Both the position numbers and the translations under genes were made by a program. This document shows positions 12,001-22,038 of a stretch of 64,000 bases of DNA, in pieces (position 1 is the stretch's first letter; each line of letters begins with the position of its first letter). The stretch spans positions 133,548,001-133,612,000 of the forward strand of contig OZ024744.1 of NCBI GenBank assembly GCA_964016885.1, in the 5' to 3' direction. Origin of the DNA: Eledone cirrhosa (lineage: Eukaryota). The notes beneath the pieces are model-generated. The model ran no database searches. It saw nothing but the letters and a program-made list of their open reading frames with translations, and had not been told where the DNA came from.

Positions 12001-15000
12001 TAAGTTGGGGTTAAATTAAGTTGGGGTTAAGTTAAGTTGGGGTTAAATTAAGTTGGGGTTAAGTTAAGTTGGGGTTAAGTTAAGTGGGGGTTAACTTAAG
12101 TTGGGGGTAAGTTAAGTTGGTGGTAAGTTAAGTTGGGGGTAAGTTAAGATGGGGTTAAGTTAAGTTGGGGTTAAGTTAATTTGGGGTTAAGTTAGGGTTA
12201 AATTAAGTTGGGTTGAGTTAAGTTGGGGTTAAATTAAGTTGGGGTTAAGTTAAGTTGGTGTTAAGTTAAGTTAGGGTTAAGTTAAGTTGGGGTTAAGTTA
12301 AGTTGGGGTTAAGTTAGGTTGTGGTTAAGTTAAGTTGGGGGTAAGTTAAGTTGGCGGTAAGTTAAGTTGGGGTTTATTTAAGTTGGGTCTAATTAAGTTG
12401 GGGTTAAGTTAAGTTGGGGTTAAGTTAAGTTGGGGTTAAATTAAGTTGGGGTTAAGTTAGGTTGAGGTTAAATTAAGTTGGGGTTAAGTTAAGTTGGGGT
12501 TAAGTTAAGTTGGGGTTAAGTTAAGTTGGGGTTAAATTAAGTTGGTGTTAAGTTAAGTTGGGGGTAAGTTAAGTTGGGGGCAAGTTAAGTTGGGGTTAAG
12601 TTAAGTTGGGGTTAAATTAAGTTGGGGTTAAGTTAAGTTGGGGTTAAGTTAAGTGGTGGTTATGTTAAGTTGGGGTTAAGTTAAGTTGGGGTTGAGTTAA
12701 GTTGGGGTTGAGTGAAGTTGGGGTTAAGTTAAGTTGGGGTTAATTTATGTTGGGGTTAAGTTAAGTCGGGGTTAAGTTAAGTTGGGGTTGAGTTAAGTTG
12801 GGGTTAATTTAAGTTGGGGCTAAGTTAATTTGTGGTTAAGTTAAGTTGGGGTTAAGTTAAGTTGGGGTTAAGTTAAGTTGGGGTTGAGTTAAGTTGGGGT
12901 TGAGTTAATTTAGGGTTAAGTTAAGTTGGGGTTAAGTTAAGTTGGGTTTAAGTTAAGTTGGGGTTAAATTAAGTTGGGGTTAAGTTAAGTTGGGGGTAAG
13001 TTAAGTTGGGGGCAAGTTAAGTTGGGGTTAAGTTAAGTTGGGGTTGAATTAAGTTGGGGTTAAGTTAAGTTGGTGTTAAGTTAAGTTGGGGTTTATTTAA
13101 GTTGGGGTTAATTAAGTTGGGGTTAAGTTAAGTTGGGGTTAAGTTAAGTTGGGGTTAATTTAAGTTGGGGTTTAATTAAGTTGGGGTTAAGTTAAGTTGG
13201 GTTTATATTAAGTTGGGGTTAAGTTAAGTTGGGGTTAAGTTAAGTTGGGGTTCAGTTAAGTTGCGGTTAATTTAAGTTGGGGTTAAGTTAAGTTGGGGTT
13301 AAGTTAAGTTGGGGTTAAGTTAAGTTGGGGTTAAGTTAAGTTGGTGTTAAGTTAAGTTGGGGCTAAGTTAAGTTGGGGCTGAGTTAAGTTGGGGCTGAGT
13401 TAAGTTGGGGTTAAGTTAAGTTGCGGTTGAGTTAAGTTGGGGTTTAGTTAAGTTGGGGTTAAGTTAAGTTGGGGTTAATTTAAGTTGGGGTTAAGTTAAG
13501 TTGCGGGTGATTTAAGTTGAGGTTAAGTTAAGTTGGGGTTAAGTTAAGTTGGGGTTAAGTTAAGTTGGGGTTAAGTTAAGTTGGGGTTAATTTAAGTTGG
13601 GGGAAAGTTAAGTTGGGGGTAAGTTAAGTTGGGGGTAAGTTAAGTTGGGGTTAAGTTAAGTTGGGGTTAAGTTAAGTTAGGGTTAAGTTAAGTTGGGGTT
13701 GAGTTAAGTTGGGGTTAAGTTAAGTTGGGGTTATTTTAAGTTGGGGTTAAGTTAAGTTGCGGTTAAGTTAAGTTGGGGTTAAGTTAAGTTGGGGTTAAGT
13801 TAAATTGGGGTTAAGTTAAGTTGGGGTTAAGTTAAGTTGGGGTTAAGTTAAGTTGGGGTTAAGTTAGATTGTGGTTAAGTTAAGTTGGGGTTAAGTTAAG
13901 TTGGGGTTAAGTTAAGTTGGGGTTAACTTAAGTTGGGGGTACTTAAGTTGGGTTTAAGTTAAGTGGGGTTAAGTTAAGTTGGGGTTAAGTTAAGTTGGGG
14001 TTAAGTTAAGTTGGGGTTAAGTTAGGTTGTGGTTAAATTAAGTTGGGGGTAAGTTAAGTTGGGGGTAAGTTAAGTTGGGGTTAGTTTAAGTTGGGTCTAA
14101 TTAAGTTGGGGTTAAGTTAAGTTGGGGTTAAGTTAAGTTGGGGTTGAGTTAATTTGGGGTTAACTTAAGTTGGGGGTACTTAAGTTGGGTTTAAGTTAAG
14201 TGGGGTTAAGTTAAGTTGGGGTTAAGTTAAGTTGGGGTTAAATTAAGTTGGGGGTAAGTTAAGTTGGGGGTAAGTTAAGTTGGGGTTAATTTAAGTTGGG
14301 TCAAATTAAGTTGGGGTTAATTTAAGTTGGGGTTAAGTTAAGTTGGGGTTAAATTAAGTTGGGGTTAAGTTAAGTTGGGGTTAAATTAAGTTGGGGTTAA
14401 GTTAAGTTGGGGTTAAGTTAAGTTGGGGTTAAGTTAAGTTGGGGGTAAGGTAAGTTGGTGGTAGTTAAGTTGGGGGTAAGTTAAGATGGGGTTAAGTTAA
14501 GTTGGGGTTAAGTTAATTTGGGGTTAAGTTAGGGTTAAGTTAAGTTGGGTTGAGTTAAGTTGGGGTTAAATTAAGTTGGGGTTAAGTTAAGTTGGGGTTA
14601 GGTTAAGTTGGGGTTAAGTTAAGTTGGGGTTAAGTTAGGTTGTGGTTAAGTTAAGTTGGGGGTAAGTTAAGTTGGGGGTAAGTTAAGTTGGGGTTAATTT
14701 AAGTTGGGTTTAATTAAGTTGGGGTTAAGTTAAGTTGGGGTTAAGTTAAGTTGGGGTTAAATTAAGTTGGGGTTAAGTTAAGTTGAGGTTAAATTAAGTT
14801 GGGGTTAAGTTAAGATGGGGTTAAGTTAAGTTGGGGTTAAGTTAAGTTGGGGTTAAATTAAGTTGGGGTTAAATTAAGTTGGGGTTAAGTTAAGATGGGG
14901 GTAAGTTAAGTTGGGGGCAAGTTAAGTTGGGGTTAAGTTAAGTTGGGGTTAAATTAAGTTGGGGTTAAGTTAAGTTGGGGTTATGTTAAGTTGGGGTTAT

Positions 15001-18000
15001 GTTAAGTTGGGGTTAAGTTAAGTTGGGGTTGAGTTAAGTTGGGGTTGAGTAAAGTTGGGGTTAAGTTAAGTTGGGGTTAATTTATGTTGGGGTTAAGTTA
15101 AGTCGGGGTTAAGTTAAGTTGGGGTTGAGTTAAGTTGGGGTTGAGTTAAGTTGGGGTTGAGTTAATTTAGGGTTAAGTTAAGTTGGGGTTAAGTTAAGTT
15201 GGGTTTAAGTTAAGTTGGGGTTAAATTAAGTTGGGGTTAAGTTAAGTTGGGGGTAAGTTAAGTTGGGGGCAAGTTAAGTTGGGGTTAAGTTAAGTTGGGG
15301 TTGAATTAAGTTAGGGTTAAGTTAAGTTGGTGTTAAGTTAAGTTGGGGTTTATTTAAGTTGGGGTTAATTAAGTTGGGGTTAAGTTAAGTTGGGGTTAAG
15401 TTAAGTTGGGTTTATATTAAGTTGGGGTTAAGTTAAGTTGGGGTTAAGTTAAGTTGGGGTTCAGTTAAGTTGCGGTTAATTTAAGTTGGGGTTAAGTTAA
15501 GTTGGGGTTAAGTTAAGTTGGGGTTAAGTTAAGTTGGGGTTAAGTTAAGTTGGTGTTAAGTTAAGTTGGGGCTAAGTTAAGTTGGGGCTGAGTTAAGTTG
15601 GGGCTGAGTTAAGTTGGGGTTAAGTTAAGTTGGGGTTGAGTTAAGTTGGGGTTAAGTTAAGTTGGGGTTAAGTTAAGTTGGGGTTAAGTTAAGTTAGGGT
15701 TTAGTTAAGTTGGGGTTCAGTTAAGTTGGGGTTAAGTTAAGTTTGGGTTAAGTTGGGGTTAAATTAATTTGGGGTTAAGTTAAGTTGGGGTTTAGTTAAG
15801 TTGGGGTTAAGTTAAGTTGGGGTTAATTTAAGTTGGGGTTAAGTTAAGTTGCGGGTGATTTAAGTTGGGGTTAAGTTAAGTTGGGGTTAAGTTAAGTTGG
15901 GGTTAAGTTAAGTTGGGGTTAAGTTAAGTTGGGGGAAAGTTAAGTTGGGGGTAAGTTAAGTTGGAGTTAAGTTAAGTTGGGGTTAAGTTAAGTTAGGGTT
16001 AAGTTAAGTTGGGGTTGAGTTAAGTTGGTGTTAATTTAAGTTGGGGTTAAGGCGGGGTTAAGTTGAGTTGGGGTTAAGTTAAGTTGGGGTTAAGTTAAGT
16101 TGGGGTTAAGTTAAGTTGGGGGTACTTAAGTTGGGTTTAAGTTAAGTGGGGTTAAGTTAAGTTGGGGTTAAGTTAAGTTGGGGTTAAGTTAAGTTGGGGT
16201 TAAGTTAGGTTGTGGTTAAGTTAAGTTGGGGGTAAGTTAAGTTGGGGGTAAGTTAAGTTGGGGTTAATTTAAGTTGGGTCTAATTAAGTTGGGGTTAAGT
16301 TAAGTTGGGGTTAAGTTAAGTTGGGGTTGAGTTAATTTGGGGTTAACTTAAGTTGGGGGTACTTAAGTTGGGTTTAAGTTAAGTGGGGTTAAGTTAAGTT
16401 GGGGTTAAGTTAAGTTGGGGTTAAGTTAAGTTGGGGGTAAGTTAAGTTGGGGGTAAGTTAAGTTGGGGTTAATTTAAGTTGGGTCAAATTAAGTTGGGGT
16501 TAATTTAAGTTGGGGTTAAGTTAAGTTGGGGTTAAATTAAGTTGGGGTTAAGTTAAGTTGGGGTTAAATTAAGTTGGGGTTAAGTTAAGTTGGGGTTAAG
16601 TTAAGTTGGGGTTAAGTTAAGTTGGGGGTAAGTTAAGTTGGTGGTAAGTTAAGTTGGGGGTAAGTTAAGATGGGGTTAAGTTAAGTTGGGGTTAAGTTAA
16701 TTTGGGGTTAAGTTAGGGTTAAGTTAAGTTGGGTTGAGTTAAGTTGGGGTTAAATTAAGTTGGGGTTAAGTTAAGTTGGGGTTAAGTTAAGTTGGGGTTA
16801 AGTTAAGATGGGGTTAAGTTAAGTTGGGGTTAAGTTGGGGTTAAGTTAAGTTAGGGTTAAGTTAAGTTGGGGTTAAGTTGAGTTGGGGTTAAGTTAAGTT
16901 GCGGTTAATTTAAGTTGGGGTTAAGTTAAGTTGGGGTTAAGTTAAGTTGGGGTTAATTTAAGTTGGGGTTAAGTTAAGTTGGGGTTAAGTTAAGTTGGGG
17001 TTAAGTTAATTTGGGGGTAAGTTAAGTTGGTGGTAAGTTAAGTTGGGGGTAAGTTAAGATGGGGTTAAGTTAAGTTGGGGTTAAGTTAATTTGGGGTTAA
17101 GTTAGGGTTAAGTTAAGTTGGGTTGAGTTAAGTTGGGGTTAAATTAAGTTGGGGTTAAGTTAAGTTGGGGTTAAGTTAAGTTGGGGTTAAGTTAAGTTGG
17201 GGTTAAGTTAGGTTGTGGTTAAATTAAGTTGGGGTTAAGTTAAGTTGGGGTTAAGTTAAGTTGGGGGTAAGTTAAGTTGGGGTTAATTTAAGTTGGGTCT
17301 AATTAAGTTGGGGTTAAGTTAAGTTGGGGTTAAGATAAGTTGGGGTTAAATTAAGTTGGGGTTAAGTTAAGTTGAGGTTAAATTAAGTTGGGGTTAAGTT
17401 AAGTTGGGGTTAAGTTAAGTTGGGGTTAAGTTAAGTTGGGGTTAAATTAAGTTGGGGTTAAGTTAAGTTGGGGGTAAGTTAAGTTGGGGGCAAGTTAAGT
17501 TGGGGTTGAGTTAAGTTGGGGTTAAATTAAGTTGGGGTTAAGTGAAGTTGGGGTTAAGTTAAGTGTTGGTTATGTTAAGTTGGGGTTAAGTTAAGTTGGG
17601 GTTGAGTTAAGTTGGGGTTGAGTGAAGTTGGGGTTAAGTTAAGTTGGGGTTAATTTATGTTGGGGTTAAGTTAAGTCGGGGTTAAGTTAAGTTGGGGTTG
17701 AGTTAAGTTGGGGTTAATTTAAGTTGGGGCTAAGTTAATTTGTGGTTAAGTTAAGTTGGGGTTAAGTTAAGTTGGGGTTAAGTTAAGTTGGGGTTGAGTT
17801 AAGTTGGGGTTGAGTTAATTTAGGGTTAAGTTAAGTTGGGGTTAAGTTAAGTTGGGTTTAAGTTAAGTTGGGGTTAAATTAAGTTGGGGGTAAGTTAAGT
17901 TGGTGGTAAGTTAAGTTGGGGGTAAGTTAAGATGGGGTTAAGTTAAGTTGGGGTTAAGTTAATTTGGGGTTAAGTTAGGGTTAAGTTAAGTTGGGTTGAG

Positions 18001-20120
18001 TTAAGTTGGGGTTAAATTAAGTTGGGGTTAAGTTAAGTTGGGGTTAAGTTAAGTTGGGGTTAAGTTAAGTTGGGGTTAATTTAAATTGGGGTTTAGTTAA
18101 GTTGGGGTTAAGTTAAGTTGGGTTTATATTAAGTTGGGGTTAAGTTAAGTTGGGGTTAAGTTAAGTTGGGGTTCAGTTAAGTTGCGGTTAATTTAAGTTG
18201 GGGTTAATTTAAGTTGGGGTTAAGTTAAGTTGGGGTTAAGTTAAGTTGGTGTTAAGTTAAGTTGGGGCTAAGTTAAGTTGGGGCTGAGTTAAGTTGGGGC
18301 TGAGTTAAGTTGGGGTTAAGTTAAGTTGGGGTTGAGTTAAGTTGGGGTTAAGTTAAGTTGGGGTTAAGTTAAGTTGGGGTTAAGTTAAGTTGGGGTTAAG
18401 TTAAGTTGGGGTCTAGTTAAGTTGGGGTTCAGTTAAGTTGGGGTTAAGTTAAGTTTGGGTTAAGTTGGGGTTAAATTAATTTGGGGTTAAGTTAAGTTGG
18501 GGTTTAGTTAAGTTAGGGTTAAGTTAAGTTGGGGTTAATTTAAGTTGGGGTTAAGTTAAGTTGTGGGTGATTTAAGTTGGGGTTAAGTTAAGTTGGGGTT
18601 AAGTTAAGTTGGGGTTAAGTTAAGTTGGGGTTAAGTTAAGGTAGGGTTAAGTTAAGTTGGGGTTGAGTTAAGTTGGGGTTAAGTTAAGTTGGGGTTAAGT
18701 TAAGTTGGGGTTAAGTTAGGTTGTGGTTAAGTTAAGTTGGGGGTAAGTTAAGTTGGGGGTAAGTTAAGTTGGGGTTAATTTAAGTTGGGTCTAATTAAGT
18801 TGGGTTTAAGTTAAGTGGGGTTAAGTTAAGTTGGGGTTAAGTTAAGTTGGGGTTAAGTTAAGTTGGTGGTAAGTTAAGTTGGGGGTAAGTTAAGTTGGGG
18901 TTAATTTAAGTTGGGTCAAATTAAGTTGGGGTTAATTTAAGTTGGGGTTAAGTTAAGTTGGGGTTAAATTAAGTTGGGGTTAAGTTAAGTTGGGGTTAAA
19001 TTAAGTTGGGGTTAAGTTAAGTTGGGGTTAAGTTAAGTGGAGGTTAACTTAAGTTGGGGGTAAGTTAAGTTGGTGGTAAGTTAAGTTGGGGGTAGGTTAA
19101 GATGGGGTTAAGTTAAGTTGGGGTTAAGTTAATTTGGGGTTAAGTTAGGGTTAAGTTAAGTTGGGTTGAGTTAAGTTGGGGTTAAATTAAGTTGGGGTTA
19201 AGTTAAGTTGGTGTTAAGTTAAGTTGGGGTTAAGTTAAGTTGGGGTTAAGTTAAGTTGGGGTTAAGTTAGGTTGTGGTTAAGTTAAGTTGGGGGTAAGTT
19301 AAGTTGGCGGTAAGTTAAGTTGGGGTTTATTTAAGTTGGGTCTAATTAAGTTGGGGTTAAGTTAAGTTGGCGGTAAGTTAAGTTGGGGTTTATTTAAGTT
19401 GGGTCTAATTAAGTTGCGGTTAAGTTAAGTTGGGGTTAAGTTAAGTTGGGGTTAAGTTAAATTGGGGTTAAGTTAAGTTGGGGTTAAGTTAAGTTGGGGT
19501 TAAGTTAAGTTGGGGTTAAGTTAGATTGTGGTTAAGTTAAGTTGGGGTTAAGTTAAGTTGGGGTTAAGTTAAGGCGGGGTTAAGTTGAGTTGGGGTTAAG
19601 TTAAGTTGGGGTTAAGTTAAGTTGGGGGTACTTAAGTTGGGTTTAAGTTAAGTGGGGTTAAGTTAAGTTGGGGTTAAGTTAAGTTGGGGTTAAGTTAAGT
19701 TGGGGTTAAGTTAGGTTGTGGTTAAGTTAAGTTGGGGGTAAGTTAAGTTGGGGGTAAGTTAAGTTGGGGTTAATTTAAGTTGGGTCTAATTAAGTTGGGG
19801 TTAAGTTAAGTTGGGGTTAAGTTAAGTTGGGGTTGAGTTAATTTGGGGTTAACTTAAGTTGGGGGTACTTAAGTTGGGTTTAAGTTAAGTGGGGTTAAGT
19901 TAAGTTGGGGTTAAGTTAAGTTGGGGTTAAGTTAAGTTGGTGGTAAGTTAAGTTGGGGGTAAGTTAAGTTGGGGTTAATTTAAGTTGGGTCAAATTAAGT
20001 TGGGGTTAATTTAAGTTGGGGTTAAGTTAAGTTGGGGTTAAATTAAGTTGGGGTTAAGTTAAGTTGGGGTTAAATTAAGTTGGGGTTAAGTTAAGTTGGG
20101 GTTAAGTTAAGTGGAGGTTA
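1..20120 (+). repeat. Variant domain A of the array
   Basis: Recurrent diagnostic variants: GGGGGTACTTAAG, GGGTCTAATT, GGGTCAAATT, TAGGTTGTGG, AAGGCGGGG, GCGGGTGATT, GGGGGAAAG. Boundary is approximate. Confidence 0.8.
7670..10200 (+). repeat. 1267-bp tandem duplication
   Basis: The C of TTGCAGTT at 7741 and 9008, and the C of TAGGATTC at 8662 and 9929. Both offsets are 1267. Confidence 0.88.
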
Positions 20121-21865
20121 ACTTAAGTTGGGGTTAAGTTAAGTTGGGGTTAAGTTAAGTTGGGGTTAAGTTAAGTTGGTGTTAAGTTAAGTTGTGGCTA
20201 AGTTAAGTTGGGGTTTAGTTAAGTTGGGGATAAGTTAAGTTGGGGCTAAGTTAAGTTGGGGTTAAGTTGGGGTTAAGTTAAGTTAGGTTTAAGTTAAGTT
20301 GGGGTTAAGTTAAGTTGGGGTTAAGTTAAGTTGGGGTTAAGTTAAGTTGGGGTTAAGTTAAGTTGGGGTTAAGTTAATTTGTGGTTGAGTTAAGTTGGGG
20401 TTTAGTTAAGTTGGGGATAAGTTAAGTTGGGGCTACATTAAGTTGGGGTTAAGTTAAGTTGGGGTTAAGTTAAGTTGGTGTTAAGTTAAGTTGGGGCTAA
20501 GTTAAGTTGGGGCTGAATTAAGTTGGGGCTGAGTTAAGTTGGGGTTAAGTTAAGTCGGGGTTGAGTTAAGTTGGGGTTAAGTTAAGTTGGGGTCAAGTTA
20601 AGTTGGGGTTAAGTTGGGGTTAAGTTAAGTTAGGTTTAAGTTAAGTTGGGGTTAAGTTAAGTTGGGGTTAAGTTAAGTTGGGGTTAAGTTAAATTGGGGT
20701 TAAGTTAAGTTGGGGTTAAGTTAATTTGTGGTTAAGTTAAGTTGGGGTTAAGTTAAGTTGGGGTTAAGTTAAGTTGGGGTTAAGTTAAGTCGGGGTTAAG
20801 TTAAGTTGGGGTTAAGTTAAGTTGGGGTTAATTTAAGTTGGGGTTAAGTTAAGTTGGGGCTAAGTTAAGTAGGGTTTAAGTTAAGTTGGGGTTAAGTTAA
20901 GTTGGGGTTAAGTTAAGTTGAGGTTAAGTTAAGTTGGGGTTAAATTAAGTTGGGGTTAAGTTAAGTTGGGGTTAAGTTAAGTTGGGGTTAAGTTAAGTTG
21001 GGGATAAGTTAAGTTGGGGATAATTTAAGTTGGGGTTAAGTTAAGTTGGCTTTAAGTTAAGTTGGGGTTAAGTTAAGTTGGGGATAAGTTAAGTTGGGGT
21101 TAAGTTAAGTTGGGGTTAAGTTAAGTTGGGGTTAAGTTAAGTTGGGGCTAAGTTAAGTTGGGGCTGATTTAAGTTGGGGTTAAGTTAAGTTGGGGTTAAG
21201 TTAAGTTGGGGTTAATTTAAGTTGGGGTTTATTTAAGTTGGGGTTACGTTAAGTTGGTGTTAAGTTAAGTTGGGGTTAATTTAAGTTGGGGTTAATTAAG
21301 TTGGGGTTAAGTTAAGTTGGGGTTAAGTTAAGTTGGGGCTAAGTTAAGTTGGGGCTGAGTTAAGTTGGGGTTAAGTTAAGTTGGGCTTAATTTAAGTCGG
21401 GGTTAAGTTAAGTTAGGGTTCAGTTAAGTTGGGGTTAAATTAAGTTGGGGTTGAGTTAAGTTGGTGTTGAGTTAAGTTGGGGTTAAGTTAAGTTGGGGTT
21501 AAGTTAAGTTGCAGTTAAGTTAAGTTGAGGTTAAGTTAAGGTGCGGTTAAGTTAAGTTGGGGTTAAGTTAAGTTGGGGTTAAGTTAAGTTGGGGTTAAGT
21601 TAAGTCGGGGTTAAGTTAAGTTGGGGTTAATTTAAGTTGGGGCTAATTTAAGTTGGGGTTAAGTTAAGTTGGGGTTAAGTTAAGTTGGGGTTAAGTTAAG
21701 TTGTGGTTAAGTTAAGTTGGGGTTAAGTTAAGTTGGTTAGTTAAGTTGAGTTTAAGTTAAGTTGGGGTTAATTTAAGTTGGGGTTAAGTTATGTTGGGGT
21801 TAAGTTAAGTTGGGGTTAAGTTAAGTTGGGGTTAAGTTAAGTTGGGGTTAAGTTAAGTTGGGGAT

Positions 21866-22038
21866 AACCCCAACTTAACTTAACCCCAACGTAACTCAAC
21901 CCCAACGTAACTCAACCCCAAATTAACTTAACCCCAACTTCACTCAACCCCAACTTAACTTAACCCCAACTTCACTCAACCCCAACTTCCAACTTGACTT
22001 AACCCCAACTTAACTTAGCCCCAACTTAACTTAAGCCC
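21866..22038 (-). repeat. Inverted island 1: 173 bp of the monomer in reverse orientation (AACCCCAACTTAACTT)n
   Basis: Switches at GGGGAT|AACCCC (21865/21866) and returns at TTAAGCCC|TAAGTCGGGG (22038/22039). Contains an internal irregularity, AACTTCCAACTTGACTT. Confidence 0.97.
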
